A stretch of 64,000 nucleotides of DNA, taken from positions 96,001 through 160,000 of the forward strand of contig CAVSGO010000002.1 in NCBI GenBank assembly GCA_963727525.1, in the 5' to 3' direction. The position numbers and the translations under genes were made by a program. Positions 43,311 to 56,600 of this stretch are shown piece after piece; the stretch's first letter is position 1, and each line of letters opens with the position of its first letter. Below the pieces are notes generated by a model. That model was not told the origin of the DNA and did no database searches. It saw only the letters and a program-made list of their open reading frames with translations. The stretch is from an uncultured bacterium. Its GTDB lineage: Bacteria; Krumholzibacteriota; Krumholzibacteriia; LZORAL124-64-63.

Positions 43311-44729
43311 ATGGAACCCGCGATGAACGACTCCCTTGATTCCTGCTGGCCAGACATCCTCGGAGTCGTGCGTCGCAAGGTCCCGCAGCAGACCTACGAC
43401 ACCTGGTTCCTGCCCTTGCAACCGCTGGATGGGCAGAGCGGCGGTTTTCAGGTATCCTGCCCCAATCATTTCTTCCTGGACTGGTTCAGCGAACACCACC
43501 TGCGGACACTCAACGAGGCCGGTTCGTCGTTCTTCGGCCGGCCGGTCGTGTTCCAGCTCATCGTTCCCCAGGACTCCGAATCAGGTGGCGACGCCTTCGA
43601 GGACATCTTCGTGCCGCAGGTGGTGGACGCGATCCCCAGCCCGCTGCCGCCGCCCGCGGTGAAGGTGCGGGAGACCTACGACCTGGATACGGGTTCGATG
43701 CGGAGCAGTCTGAATCCCGACTACACGTTCGCGAACTTCGTCGTGGGATCAGGCACCGACCTCGCCTACGCCGCCGCCACCGCGGTGGCAGGCACGCCAG
43801 GCGACCACTTCAATCCGCTATTCGTCCACGGCGGTGTGGGCCTGGGCAAGACCCATCTCATGCACGCGATCGGCAACCACATCGCCGAGCACCGCCCCGA
43901 AGCGAAGATATGCTACGTCACGGCCGAGCGCTTCATGAGCGAGTTGATTCTCGCCATCCAGCAGCGCAAGCAGCCGGAGTTCAAGATCAAGTACCGCAGC
44001 GTCGACGTGTTGCTCGTCGACGACGTGGCCTTCCTGGCCGGCAAGGAGTCGACCCAGGAGGAGTTTTTCCACACCTTCAACGCCCTCTACGACTACAAGA
44101 AGCAGATCGTGCTGACCTCCGATCGTTCGCCGAAGGAGATCACGACCCTCGAGGAGCGCCTGCGTTCGCGGTTCGAGTGGGGACTCATCACCGACATCCA
44201 GCCGCCGAATCTCGAGACCCGCATCGCGATCCTCAAGCGCAAGGTGGAAACCAACCACATCGCGATCTCCGACGACGTCATCGACTTCGTTGCCGAAAAC
44301 ATCACCGACAATATCCGCAGACTCGAGGGAGCGCTGGTTCGCTTGCTGGCGTTCGCAAGCTTGACGCGACGCGACATCACCCTGGAGATGGCCTCGGAAG
44401 TTCTCTCCTCCTTCTTCCATGGTCCTGTCACCGGGCCAACGCGGATCGCCGACGTCATCGACGTGGTCGCCGACTACTTCGATTTCTCGGTCGATCAGCT
44501 CAAGTCCAAACGACGCACCCAGGACCTGGCCCGGGCTCGTCAAGTTGCGATGCACCTCGCCCGTGAGTTGACCGGCGCTTCCCTCAACCAGATTGGCCGC
44601 ACGCTCGGCGATCGCGATCATTCCACCGTCTCGCATGCTTGCCAGACGATCGCCGAGATTGCCAACCGTGACCCGCGTTTCCGCGGTACCCTGAAGGACA
44701 TCACGGACCGTATCCGCGAACGACGCTAG
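43311..44729 (+). CDS. dnaA: Chromosomal replication initiator DnaA
   Basis: NPLF..GGVGLGKTHL, QEEFFHTFN, RLRSRFEWGL, RDHSTV. Confidence 0.99.
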   Translation: MEPAMNDSLDSCWPDILGVVRRKVPQQTYDTWFLPLQPLDGQSGGFQVSCPNHFFLDWFSEHHLRTLNEAGSSFFGRPVVFQLIVPQDSESGGDAFEDIFVPQVVDAIPSPLPPPAVKVRETYDLDTGSMRSSLNPDYTFANFVVGSGTDLAYAAATAVAGTPGDHFNPLFVHGGVGLGKTHLMHAIGNHIAEHRPEAKICYVTAERFMSELILAIQQRKQPEFKIKYRSVDVLLVDDVAFLAGKESTQEEFFHTFNALYDYKKQIVLTSDRSPKEITTLEERLRSRFEWGLITDIQPPNLETRIAILKRKVETNHIAISDDVIDFVAENITDNIRRLEGALVRLLAFASLTRRDITLEMASEVLSSFFHGPVTGPTRIADVIDVVADYFDFSVDQLKSKRRTQDLARARQVAMHLARELTGASLNQIGRTLGDRDHSTVSHACQTIAEIANRDPRFRGTLKDITDRIRERR

Positions 44730-44750
44730 TGGGCGCGTGGCACCTATGCC

Positions 44751-44790
44751 AACCCTCCCGGAGGCCCTGCGCACCCGGGAGGGTTTCTCT
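44751..44790 (+). terminator. Stem-loop after dnaA
   Basis: AACCCTCCCGG...CCGGGAGGGTT followed by TCTCT. Confidence 0.55.
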
Positions 44791-44799
44791 TGCCCGCCA

Positions 44800-45030
44800 C
44801 TTTCCCGGGGACAACCAGGGGATGGAGTCGGGAGTAACCCGTTGATGACGCCCCGGTCCCGGCGGACAACTCGCGGCGACACCCCGTGGCCGGGGGATAG
44901 TTGGTGAACCATCCACAACTTACCAACGGGGATACTTACGTGCAGGAACGGTGCCCGCAACCGTTTGGGGTCGTTATCCCCACCATCCCCCACCCCTACC
45001 GCCACTGCTGCTTATTTATCTATAAACCCG
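44800..45030. other. oriC part 2 with probable unwinding element
   Basis: Several degenerate DnaA boxes ending in TTATCCCCA-CCATCCCCCA, trio-like repeats and TTATTTATCTATAAA. Confidence 0.8.
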
Positions 45031-45132
45031 GAACCGGAGGAACAAGGCATCACGCTTGATGCACCAGGGTTGATCGCCTATCATAGCGATCCTTCGAGCT
45101 GACCTTGAAACCCGTGAGCGGAGGACCGGACC

Positions 45133-46257
45133 GTGAAGTTCGAGATCCAGCAAGAGGACCTGCAGAAGTCTCTGGACGTGGTCGCCGGTGTCGTGCCGAA
45201 CAAGACCACCCTGCCGATCCTGACCTGCATCCTCATGGATGCCGACAAGAAGGGTATCACCCTGTCGGCCACGAACCTCGACATCTCAGTCCTCACGCGC
45301 TGTGAGCAGGTGGACGTCCAGTCCGCGGGCAAGGTGGCCGTGCCGGCGGCGAAGTTCGTCAACTTCGTCCGCAGCCTGGCGCCGGGCAACGTGAAGCTGG
45401 AGATCAAGGGCGGTCGCCTCTCCGTGCGTTCGGGCAAGGCCTCGCTCGAGGAAGTGTGCATGAATCCCGAAGAGTACCCCGCTCTGCCGCAGACGGCGGC
45501 CGGCGAGGGGCTATCGGTCGATGGCAGTCAGCTCGTGGCCATGATCGGCGAGACGGCCTACGCCGTATCGCGCGATGAGACGCGGCCCGCGCTCATGGGC
45601 ATCCTCTGGGAGGTCGATCCGGACGGCATGACCATGGTCGCCACCGATGCCCATCGTCTGGCGCGCTCTCATCGCGCGCTTGCATGGGACAACAAGGACA
45701 CGCGCTCGCTCATCGTCGACACGGCCGGCCTGCGGCATCTGCCGCGCCTCGTCCCAGCCGGTGAGGAGAGCGCGGTGGAGATCTTCCTGGGCGAGAACCA
45801 GCTCAGCTTCCGCGCGGGCGCCTCGGTGCTCCACACGCGCCTGCTCGAGGGGCCATTCCCCGACTACCGCGCCGTCATCCCATCGGGAAACGACAAGGTG
45901 GTCACGGCCGATCGCGAGGGTTTCGCGCAGGCCATCCGCCGCGTGGCCATCACGGCCGATCGCATCACGAGCCAGGTTCGGCTTGGCCTCGAGAAGGGTC
46001 GGCTCGAGATGTCAGCCAAGGGTTCCGACGGCAGCCGTGCCGAGGACGAACTCGACGTGGCCTACGACGGCGATGCCATGGAGATCGGGTTCAACTTTAC
46101 CTATCTCCAGGACGTCCTGAAGAACATCCGCACCGATAGCGTGCAGATCCGGCTGCGCGACGCGCAGAGCGCGGCGCTGATCGAGCCGATCGACCCCGAG
46201 AAGGAGCAGGCCGATCTGCTTTGCCTTCTCATGCCACTGCGCCTCGCCGGTGACTGA
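45133..46257 (+). CDS. dnaN: DNA polymerase III beta sliding clamp
   Basis: TLPIL..IL, ATNLD, ATDAHRL, RLLEG.FPDY, IGFN..YL, LMPLR. Confidence 0.98.
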   Translation: MKFEIQQEDLQKSLDVVAGVVPNKTTLPILTCILMDADKKGITLSATNLDISVLTRCEQVDVQSAGKVAVPAAKFVNFVRSLAPGNVKLEIKGGRLSVRSGKASLEEVCMNPEEYPALPQTAAGEGLSVDGSQLVAMIGETAYAVSRDETRPALMGILWEVDPDGMTMVATDAHRLARSHRALAWDNKDTRSLIVDTAGLRHLPRLVPAGEESAVEIFLGENQLSFRAGASVLHTRLLEGPFPDYRAVIPSGNDKVVTADREGFAQAIRRVAITADRITSQVRLGLEKGRLEMSAKGSDGSRAEDELDVAYDGDAMEIGFNFTYLQDVLKNIRTDSVQIRLRDAQSAALIEPIDPEKEQADLLCLLMPLRLAGD

Positions 46258-46260
46258 TCC

Positions 46261-47393
46261 ATGCGCATCGACGGCGCGCGGTTGACTGGCTTTCGCAACC
46301 TGGTCGACGGCGCGTGGTCGTTCTCCGCCGGAGTGAACATCCTGCTCGGGTGCAACGGCCAGGGCAAGACGAACCTGCTCGAGGCACTCGACTACCCGGC
46401 GCTGGGGCGCTCCCACCGGGGCGCACGCAACGACGACCTCATTCGTTTCGGCTCCCAGCACCTCCACGTGGCCCTCGATATCCAGCACGACGACGGTACG
46501 ACGCACCGCTGCGAATTCGGACTCGAGCGCGGCGGGGCCAGCCGTTTCAAGATCGACGGCGAGGTCCTCGCACGCCGCGCGGATCTGGTCGGGCGGTTGG
46601 CGACTGTCTTCTTCCAGCCCGAGAGCATCGAACTCGTGCGTGGCGGCCCCGAGCTGCGCCGCCGTTTTGCCGACCAGAGCCTCGCCGGACTCGACCCCGT
46701 CTATCTCGGCCACCTCGTGGCCTATCAGCGCGCCCTGCGGCAGAAGTCGGCCCTCTTGAGGGACCTGCAGCAAGGGCTGCGCGATCGCCGGCGCGGGCTC
46801 GATGAGGTTTCGGCCTGGAATCGCGAACTCGCGCGCCAGGCCGCGCCCCTTTGCCGGTCCAGGTCCGCCTTCGCGGTGGCGCTCGAACCCTGCGCCGCGG
46901 CCGTCTATGACGACCTCACGGTGCGCACGAACGACCTCACGGTGGCCTACCGGCCGCACCTGCGCTGCTGTCGCGAATCGGTCGATTCCGCGCAATTGGA
47001 AGCGGATATTCTGGCGGAAATGGATTATATTGGGTCGGATGAAATCCGGCGGGGACGTCCCCTGGCCGGGCCTCATCGGGATGATTTCGAGGTCCGACTC
47101 GCCGGGCGCGATCTGCGCGTTTTCGGCTCGCAAGGGGAGGCGCGAAGCGCGGCGGTGTCGCTGATCCTCGCCCAGAGCGACGTGGTCTTCCAGATGCGGA
47201 GGATCCGACCCGTTCTCTTCCTGGACGACATCTTCAGCGAGCTGGACCGCGAGCGCGCCCGCCGCTTGCAGGATCGCTGTGCGCGGCATCATCAGGTATT
47301 CGTGGCGACGGCGCGGAGCGAGGACGTGGCGCAGTGGCAGCCACCGGAACTCCGGAGCTGGCGCGTGGAGGCCGGATCGCTGATCGAGAGCAC

Positions 47394-47397
<4 letters not shown>
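46261..47397 (+). CDS. recF: DNA replication and repair protein RecF
   Basis: NGQGKTNLLEA, GPHRDD, GSQG, LDDIFSELD. Confidence 0.97.
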
Positions 47398-49684
<2,287 letters not shown>

Positions 49685-49734
49685 ATCCAACCCGTACTTC
49701 GGGATCGAACCTGGGCATTCTGCGAGGCCACGAC

Positions 49735-52287
49735 GTGACGGACCAGCGCGACGAAAACATGGACGACCAGTCTCCCATCATGCGCACGAACACCGGCGAG
49801 ACGATCCTCGATGTCGGCATCGAGGACAAGATGAAGAGCTCGTACCTCGAGTACAGCATGAGCGTCATCATCTCCCGTGCGCTGCCTGACGTCCGCGATG
49901 GACTCAAGCCCGTGCATCGCCGCGTGTTGACGGCGATGAACGACCTGAACCTGCAGCCGGGCAGGCCCTATCGCAAGAGCGCCAAGATCACCGGCGATAC
50001 CACGGGTAACTACCACCCGCACGGCACGGCCGCGGTGTATGACACGCTCGTGCGCATGGCGCAGGACTTCAGCCTGCGCTACCCACTGGTCGACGGTCAG
50101 GGCAACTTCGGATCGGTCGATGGCGACAGCCCTGCGGCCGAACGCTACACCGAGGCGCGCTTGACCAGGTTCGCCACGGAGATGATGGCGGACATCGAGA
50201 AGGAGACCGTCGACTTCGTGCCCAACTACGACGGCTCTCGCGAGATGCCGTCGGTGATGCCAGCGCGAGTGCCGAACCTGCTGGTGAACGGCGCCGACGG
50301 CATCGCGGTGGGCATGGCCACGAAGATTCCTCCCCACAACCTGGACGAGGTATGCGACGGACTCGAGGCGGTGATGGACAATCCCGACCTCGAGCCGGCC
50401 GAGATGCTTCGCTACGTGCAGGGGCCGGATTTCCCGACCGGCGGTATCATCCACGGCCGCCGCGGCATCCATGACTACGTGACCACGGGGCGCGGTCGCG
50501 TGATCGTGCGCGCACGCACCGATATCGAGATCGAGGACGGCGGCCGCGCCAAGATCATCGTCACCGAGATCCCGTACCAGGTGAACAAGTCCGCCCTCAT
50601 CGAGCGCATCGCCCAGCTCGTGCGCGGCGGACAGCTCGAGGGCATCAGCGACCTGCGCGACGAGTCCGATCGCCAGGGCATGCGCATCGTCGTCGTGCTC
50701 AAGCGTGACGCCTATCCGCAGGTGGTGCTCAACAAGCTCTATGCGCATACCCATATGCAGAGCACCTTCGGCGTCATCAACCTGGCGCTGGTCGACAACC
50801 GTCCCCAGGTGATGTCGTTGAAGGAGACGATGCGCCACTTCCTCGCCTTCCGCGAGGAAGTCGTGGTGCGGCGCACGCGCTACGATCTACGCAAGGCCGA
50901 GGAGCGCGCCCACATCCTCGAGGGCTATCGCATCGCCCTCGATCACATCGACGAGATCGTCGCGCTCATCCGCAAGAGCGAATCCACCGACGAGGCGCGC
51001 ACGGAGCTCGTGGCGCGGTTCGCCCTGAGCGAGATCCAGGCGCAGGCCATCCTCGACATGCGCCTCGCCCGCCTCACCGGCCTCGAACGCCAGAAGATCG
51101 AGGACGAGTACCGCGCACTGCTCGAGAAGATCTCCTATTACAATCAGGTGCTGGCCAGCCGCGCGCTGGTGCTGCAGATCATCCGCGACGAGATCGAGGA
51201 GGTCCGCAAGGCCTATGGCGATGCGCGCCGCACGGAGATCGTCGAGGACGAGGGCGAGATCGACATCGAGGACCTCATCGCCGACGAGCCGATGGCGGTG
51301 ACTCTAAGCAACCAGGGCTACGCCAAGCGCATCGCCCTCGACACCTATCGCCAGCAGGGCCGCGGCGGCAAGGGCATCACCGGCATGCAGACGAAGGACG
51401 AGGACTTCGTCGATGCCATCTTCGTGGCCTCGGCGCACCAGTATCTCCTGGTGATCACCGAGGGCGGCGTGCTGCACTGGCTGAAGGTGCACCGGATCCC
51501 GCAGGCCGGGCGAACGAGCCGCGGCAAACCGCTGGTGAACCTCATCGAGATCCAGCCTGGCGATCGCATCCACGCCGTGGTGCCGGTGCACGAGTTCACC
51601 GAGGACCACTACCTGGCCATGGTGACCAACCTGGGCATCGTCAAGCGCACCACTCTGGCCGAGTTCTCGCGTCCGCGCCGGGCCGGCATCCGCGCGATCA
51701 ATCTCGTCGAGGGCGAGAGGCTCGTCACCGTCCGCGAGACGGACGGCAACAGCGACCTGGTCCTGGGCGCCAGCAACGGCATGGCCATCCGCTTCCACGA
51801 GTCCGATGCGCGCGGGATGGGCCGTACGGCCCGCGGCGTGCGCGGCATCGCGCTCGACAAGGGCGAGGAAGTGGTGGGAATGGTCGTCGTGAGCGACGGC
51901 GACGAGGAGATCCTCGCGGTCACGGAGAACGGCTATGGCAAGCGCACTCCGGCGGATGAGTACCGCGTTCAGCGGCGGGGCGGACGCGGCCTCATCACCA
52001 TCAAGTGCACGGAACGCAACGGCAAGCTCATCACGATCCGCGGCGTGAAGTCCGACGAGGAACTCATGATCATCACGCGCGGCGGCATCATGATCCGCGT
52101 GGCCGTGGACAGCGTGCGCAGCCTGGGACGCAACACGCAGGGCGTGCGCATCATCAATATCAATGCGGGCGATCGCGTGGGTGGCGTGGCGACGATCTCG
52201 CCGGAGGAGATGGCCTTCGAGGGCGATGCCGAGGGCGAGCCCGCCTCCGCTGGGGAACCTGGAGACGGCGACGATTCCGGCTCGTGA
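49735..52287 (+). CDS. gyrA: DNA gyrase subunit A
   Basis: [24 protein letters not shown], GyrA-box QGRGGKG. Confidence 0.99.
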   Translation: MTDQRDENMDDQSPIMRTNTGETILDVGIEDKMKSSYLEYSMSVIISRALPDVRDGLKPVHRRVLTAMNDLNLQPGRPYRKSAKITGDTTGNYHPHGTAAVYDTLVRMAQDFSLRYPLVDGQGNFGSVDGDSPAAERYTEARLTRFATEMMADIEKETVDFVPNYDGSREMPSVMPARVPNLLVNGADGIAVGMATKIPPHNLDEVCDGLEAVMDNPDLEPAEMLRYVQGPDFPTGGIIHGRRGIHDYVTTGRGRVIVRARTDIEIEDGGRAKIIVTEIPYQVNKSALIERIAQLVRGGQLEGISDLRDESDRQGMRIVVVLKRDAYPQVVLNKLYAHTHMQSTFGVINLALVDNRPQVMSLKETMRHFLAFREEVVVRRTRYDLRKAEERAHILEGYRIALDHIDEIVALIRKSESTDEARTELVARFALSEIQAQAILDMRLARLTGLERQKIEDEYRALLEKISYYNQVLASRALVLQIIRDEIEEVRKAYGDARRTEIVEDEGEIDIEDLIADEPMAVTLSNQGYAKRIALDTYRQQGRGGKGITGMQTKDEDFVDAIFVASAHQYLLVITEGGVLHWLKVHRIPQAGRTSRGKPLVNLIEIQPGDRIHAVVPVHEFTEDHYLAMVTNLGIVKRTTLAEFSRPRRAGIRAINLVEGERLVTVRETDGNSDLVLGASNGMAIRFHESDARGMGRTARGVRGIALDKGEEVVGMVVVSDGDEEILAVTENGYGKRTPADEYRVQRRGGRGLITIKCTERNGKLITIRGVKSDEELMIITRGGIMIRVAVDSVRSLGRNTQGVRIININAGDRVGGVATISPEEMAFEGDAEGEPASAGEPGDGDDSGS

Positions 52288-52294
52288 CGGCGGA

Positions 52295-53410
52295 TCAGTA
52301 CCTCAGTGTGATCAGGAACCGCGGGTTGCGGAAGGGGTGCCCCGACTCCCGGGTATCGAAGGGAATCGGGGGGTCCGCAGGTCCCAGGAGTTGCAGGTTC
52401 ACGCCCCAGACCTCCCCGTTCGGTGTCGCGGAGAACGCCGCGGTCACGTCGATCGTGGCGCGGTATGCGTCGATCGTGTAGGGCAGGAGAGGTGCGTCCT
52501 GGACACCGAGGGGATTCGTGAGCGGCGGCAGGTTGCCCACCGACACGGAATCCTCGAACCACGAACCGTAGGCGACCGTGTAGCGCATCGAGAGCAGCGA
52601 CGGAGGTTGCACGCTATCGGGAAACGCAGCGCAAACCTCGAGCTGCGCGTCCACCACGGTGATGGGATAAGGGCGGATCGGCCAGTCGAATCCCACGAGA
52701 AACGACCGCCGCGGGTCAACCGTGATCACGACCGGCGAGACCGAGCCGAAGTGATTCCACGGATCGTCATCGTCGTCCCAGTGGATGGCCGCGTCGATCA
52801 TGCCCGTGAGCGTCACGGAGGTTTCCTTCTGAATGATGTCCTGCATGTCGAGCACCGGCCCGGCCAGGACGATCCGGCGCGTGTAGTCGACGAAATTCGC
52901 GTGGGAGATGCGCAGGTCGTGGGGACCGAGCGGAACATCACCGAGGGACCAGCGACCGTCGAGATCGGTGCTGGCCTCCCGGCTTTCGATCTGGACCATG
53001 GCGTTTACCACCGGCCCCTCGAGCTGGTGAATCACCTGACCCGACACCGTCACGAGCGTGTCCACCGGGGTCAGCTCGATGCGTAAGCTCTGGTACTCGT
53101 CGACACGAAGGGCGCTGCGCTCCGTCTGGAAGGTGGGAGCCTCGACCGTCACCTCCTGCGGCCCGCGCGGCACGTCGCGCAGGAGGAAGCGGCCTTGCGA
53201 ATCGGTCACGTCCTCGACGCCCTGGCACGCGACATGGGCGCCGCCGATCGGATTCACCGTGTAGCGCGCGTAGACGGAACCCGACACCGAACCGACATCG
53301 GGAGTCGGGCCGCCGGTGTCGCAACCAGGGCCCAGAAGCATGGCGGCGGCCAGACCCAGGGCCCACCCCGTGGCGAGGCGAAACCGGTCCATCCCTCGTG
53401 ACGATCGCAT
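52295..53410 (-). CDS. Lipoprotein with two carboxypeptidase-regulatory-like beta-sandwich domains
   Basis: Lipobox-like GPGC; repeated SG.V....PI.GA.V...TD..GR..L.DVP.G. Confidence 0.75.
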   Translation of the reverse strand: MRSSRGMDRFRLATGWALGLAAAMLLGPGCDTGGPTPDVGSVSGSVYARYTVNPIGGAHVACQGVEDVTDSQGRFLLRDVPRGPQEVTVEAPTFQTERSALRVDEYQSLRIELTPVDTLVTVSGQVIHQLEGPVVNAMVQIESREASTDLDGRWSLGDVPLGPHDLRISHANFVDYTRRIVLAGPVLDMQDIIQKETSVTLTGMIDAAIHWDDDDDPWNHFGSVSPVVITVDPRRSFLVGFDWPIRPYPITVVDAQLEVCAAFPDSVQPPSLLSMRYTVAYGSWFEDSVSVGNLPPLTNPLGVQDAPLLPYTIDAYRATIDVTAAFSATPNGEVWGVNLQLLGPADPPIPFDTRESGHPFRNPRFLITLRY

Positions 53411-53665
53411 CATCCCTCCTCCGAGGCGTATATGACGATACGGGATCGCAGCGACCGGCGCAAGGCCGGGGTACCCCTCAAGGGGATGGCGGCCGCTGAA
53501 CCCGCCATTGCGGAACCGGGGGGTGCCTGGCTACACTTGGGCCGATTATCTGGAGGCCCGGCTGCACGGGCCTGATCCCCGGACGGCCTTCGCCCCCGCC
53601 CGGAGGCAACGACCGGACGCCACGTGGCGTTCCGGTCGAGGTCGTATGAGGAGAAGTCCGTGCCC

Positions 53666-55384
53666 ATGACGATCCTGCGTCGCCTGCCGTTGCTGGCGTT
53701 CGCCCTGGTGTGGGCGGCCTCCGCCGCGGCAGCACCCATCATCTCCTACGCGCTCGGACCGCGCCTCGAGGCGCGAGTCGATGAGAACGGGACCGTCGCG
53801 CTCGGCTGGCAAGCCGGCGGAACCTGGCACGCACTCCTGACGGCTGCCGCCCCCGACGCCGGCGCGACGGATGCTCGCGGTGGCGCAATGCGCGTCTTCT
53901 CCCGTGTGGCCGGCGAGGGAGCCCCCAACGGCCAGCGAGGCTTCGGGCGGCGGGCGGATGACGATGGCGACACCGCGTTCGACGAGGACCGCCTCGATGG
54001 CCTCGACAACGACGGCGACGGCAAGGTCGACGAGGATTTCGCCGGGATCAGCGATTTCATGGGCGTGGTCGATCGCACGCGGGATGGACGCGGTCTCCAT
54101 CTCGAGACGTACCACTGGTCGTATCCGAATCTGCGGACCATCGTGGCGGTATCGCTGCAGCCGATCGGGCTGGACGTGGATGGCACCGACACCTGGACCG
54201 TCACGCTCGCCACCGGCGCCTGGATGCCGACCTCGCGACTGTGTCGGCACGGCCGCGCCGAGGGGCCCGCATTGCTGGCCCGCATGGCCGATCCGCGGAC
54301 CTCGCCGGGCGATCTCTGGTTCGGCGTGGCGGTGCTCCATGACGTGGACACGGATCGCCCGCGGATGCGGCTCCATAGGCAAGAAGGCCGTATCGATATC
54401 CCCTTGCCGGCTGATGGTTGCGTACTGATCCTCAGCGCCGGACCGACGGAGACCCAGGTGGCGACCGATCTCCGCGAAGCCCGCGAGGTGTGGCGCGGTG
54501 CCGTCGATCCGGTGTCGGGGAAGCGGATGGCCTGGCTTCCGCCGCCACGACCGGCCGAGGTGCCCGAGGCACGGATTCCCGACGCCGAGATCACACAGCG
54601 TGCGGACGGCGGCCTCGATGTCACCTTCCACGTGGCTCCTGGGCAGGATCCACGCTTCGATCCGCAGCTCCTCGTGCTCGATGGACACCCCCTCGGCTCG
54701 CCCCGCGAGGTGGCCTGGCGCACCGTTGGCGACACCGCGCGGGCGATGCCCTGGGACGACGGTCCCGAAGTACCGACCGAATCGGTCGGCCCCGACCCCT
54801 GCGGCCCGTTTTCTGACCTCATGCCCGCAGGCCTGGCCCGGGAGTCCGGGACCCTGGTCCTCGTCTTCGCCGCCGCTGGCGAGCGATCGCTGGCGCCGGT
54901 GAGTCGCCTCGATCTGACCTATGCCGACGGGCGCCACGCCTCCCGGGCGGGCGTGCCGGTGACGTTCGCCACCGCCGCGCCCCCGCGGGACGACGGAGCC
55001 GCGCCGGCCGAGGGCGGCCCCCAGCTCGCCCCGGCCTTGCTCGGCAATTTCCCCAATCCCTTCCACGTGCAGACAAGGGTGCAATACCGCGTTCCCGCCA
55101 CGGTCGGCGAGGGATTCGTGTGGCCCGAGGGCGCGGAACCTGCGCTCGCGGCCGACGCGCGCATCCCCTATCGGACAGAGACACCATCCGTGTCCGTGCG
55201 GATTTTCGGCGTCGATGGTCGCGAGATCGTGACACTTGGTGCGGGGCCGCACGCCGTCGGCAGGTACGAGGCCGAGTGGGACGGAAGGGATGCGGAGGGG
55301 CGCTTGCTTGCCTCGGGTACATACTTCTGTAAGCTCCAAATCGAAAATTGGAGTGTCACAAAACGGCTTGTTTTTGTCCGTTAA
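53666..55384 (+). CDS. Secreted protein with acidic Ca-binding repeat and FlgD-like C-terminal domain
   Basis: Signal peptide; DDDGD..FDED.LDGLDNDGDGKVDED; NFPNPF...WDGRDAEGRLLASGTY. Confidence 0.8.
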   Translation: MTILRRLPLLAFALVWAASAAAAPIISYALGPRLEARVDENGTVALGWQAGGTWHALLTAAAPDAGATDARGGAMRVFSRVAGEGAPNGQRGFGRRADDDGDTAFDEDRLDGLDNDGDGKVDEDFAGISDFMGVVDRTRDGRGLHLETYHWSYPNLRTIVAVSLQPIGLDVDGTDTWTVTLATGAWMPTSRLCRHGRAEGPALLARMADPRTSPGDLWFGVAVLHDVDTDRPRMRLHRQEGRIDIPLPADGCVLILSAGPTETQVATDLREAREVWRGAVDPVSGKRMAWLPPPRPAEVPEARIPDAEITQRADGGLDVTFHVAPGQDPRFDPQLLVLDGHPLGSPREVAWRTVGDTARAMPWDDGPEVPTESVGPDPCGPFSDLMPAGLARESGTLVLVFAAAGERSLAPVSRLDLTYADGRHASRAGVPVTFATAAPPRDDGAAPAEGGPQLAPALLGNFPNPFHVQTRVQYRVPATVGEGFVWPEGAEPALAADARIPYRTETPSVSVRIFGVDGREIVTLGAGPHAVGRYEAEWDGRDAEGRLLASGTYFCKLQIENWSVTKRLVFVR

Positions 55385-55568
55385 AAGAACTTTTCGCTCT
55401 CTGGCTGAGAATTGGTCCAAAAAATTTTAAGAATTTATGAATTTGATCGTGGACAATGTCGTCCGTGGGTGTTTAAATTGTTAGCAGTGAGGTACGGAAT
55501 TTTAATATTCCATTACATCTGTGCGCTGCCCAAGCTGGATTCCCCGATCGGATTTTTTGGGGGACGTC

Positions 55569-56456
55569 ATGGAAGAAAGACTCGAACCAAGACCCGAGCC
55601 ATGGACTGGCTTCATCGTCGAGTTTCCGACGCTCCACAAGACCATGACCCATGGTCGCGAAGAGAGTCAGAAGCTCCTGTTCCTGTGCCCTTCGACGGAA
55701 AGCAATGCCACCGAACTGTGTCTTGCACTCTTCGGGCGCCAGATCGTGATGCAGCGCCTGAAGGCAGGGGAGGCTCCTGCGTCCCTGTCGGGCGCTCGAT
55801 TCGTGTTCGTCTATGCCCACCAGGTCCCTGCCGACCTCGCCGGCATCCTGACCCCTTACGCGGGGCTCGTGGATGTCCCGGTGGTGGTCACCCACAAGGG
55901 GAACGTGGTGCGTTCGGCGCGCATGGTCAGTGAGGCACTGAGTCGACCGGCTCTGCCCGTGAATTCGAAGCCATGGGAACCGCGCGACGCGGCGGCCGAC
56001 CGCAGCATGTCGCTCGAGCCGGAAGCGAGCAGACCCGCACGTGACGACGCGCTCTGGTCGGAACCGTTGCCGCGCATCGACCTCATCGACGAGGACGGGA
56101 ATCTCGTGGTCGCCGCGACCGACCTGCAGGACTACAGGGCGGAGTACGCCTGCCGCTACGTGCTGGCGCATTTCCAGGAGAACATCAACCGCGACAAGAT
56201 GGCCGAGATGGTCAATCTCTCTCCCGGTTACTTCTCCAACCTGTTCCGGGCCGAGGTGGGAATGAGCTTCAGCGACTACCTCATCCAGGTACGCATCGAG
56301 AATGCGAAGAGCTTGCTGCGGCGCTTCGAGCTGTCCGTCGAGGCGATCAGCAAGCGTTGCGGCTTCAACAGCCTGGCGCACTTCTCGCGCACCTTCAAGG
56401 ATCGGTGCGGATTGTCGCCGTTGAAGTACCGCAAGAGTCCGCACCTGGTGAATTGA
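55569..56456 (+). CDS. AraC family transcriptional regulator
   Basis: MAEMVNLSPGYFS.LF...G.SF..Y....RI..AK.LL...GF.S..HFSR.FK...G.SP..YR. Confidence 0.92.
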   Translation: MEERLEPRPEPWTGFIVEFPTLHKTMTHGREESQKLLFLCPSTESNATELCLALFGRQIVMQRLKAGEAPASLSGARFVFVYAHQVPADLAGILTPYAGLVDVPVVVTHKGNVVRSARMVSEALSRPALPVNSKPWEPRDAAADRSMSLEPEASRPARDDALWSEPLPRIDLIDEDGNLVVAATDLQDYRAEYACRYVLAHFQENINRDKMAEMVNLSPGYFSNLFRAEVGMSFSDYLIQVRIENAKSLLRRFELSVEAISKRCGFNSLAHFSRTFKDRCGLSPLKYRKSPHLVN

Positions 56457-56488
56457 GCCCGCACCTGGTGAATTGAGTCCGCATCTGG
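56435..56488 (+). repeat. 20-bp tandem repeat (about 2.7 copies) spanning the AraC stop codon
   Basis: GAGTCCGCACCTGGTGAATT GAGCCCGCACCTGGTGAATT GAGTCCGCATCTGG. Confidence 0.9.
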
Positions 56489-56499
56489 CTCGTGTTCCT

Positions 56500-56526
56500 G
56501 GCCCCTCCCCGCGGAGGGGCCTTTTC
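56500..56526 (+). terminator. Rho-independent terminator
   Basis: GGCCCCTCC-CCGC-GGAGGGGCC-TTTT. Confidence 0.8.
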
Positions 56527-56600
56527 GTGTCCCCTCGCCCGGCGTACATTGGGGGCTGCCTGGCAGACCGCCGGATCGGCGAGGAGAATCCCGGAACGCA

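Noticed and set aside
53427-53442. CGTAT-N6-ATACG palindrome as a third copy of the duplicated element
   Set aside because: Only 5-bp arms, different spacing, no accompanying GC palindrome or AT box
56435-56488. Possible mini-CRISPR
   Set aside because: Repeats are directly adjacent with no spacers, and no cas genes are present
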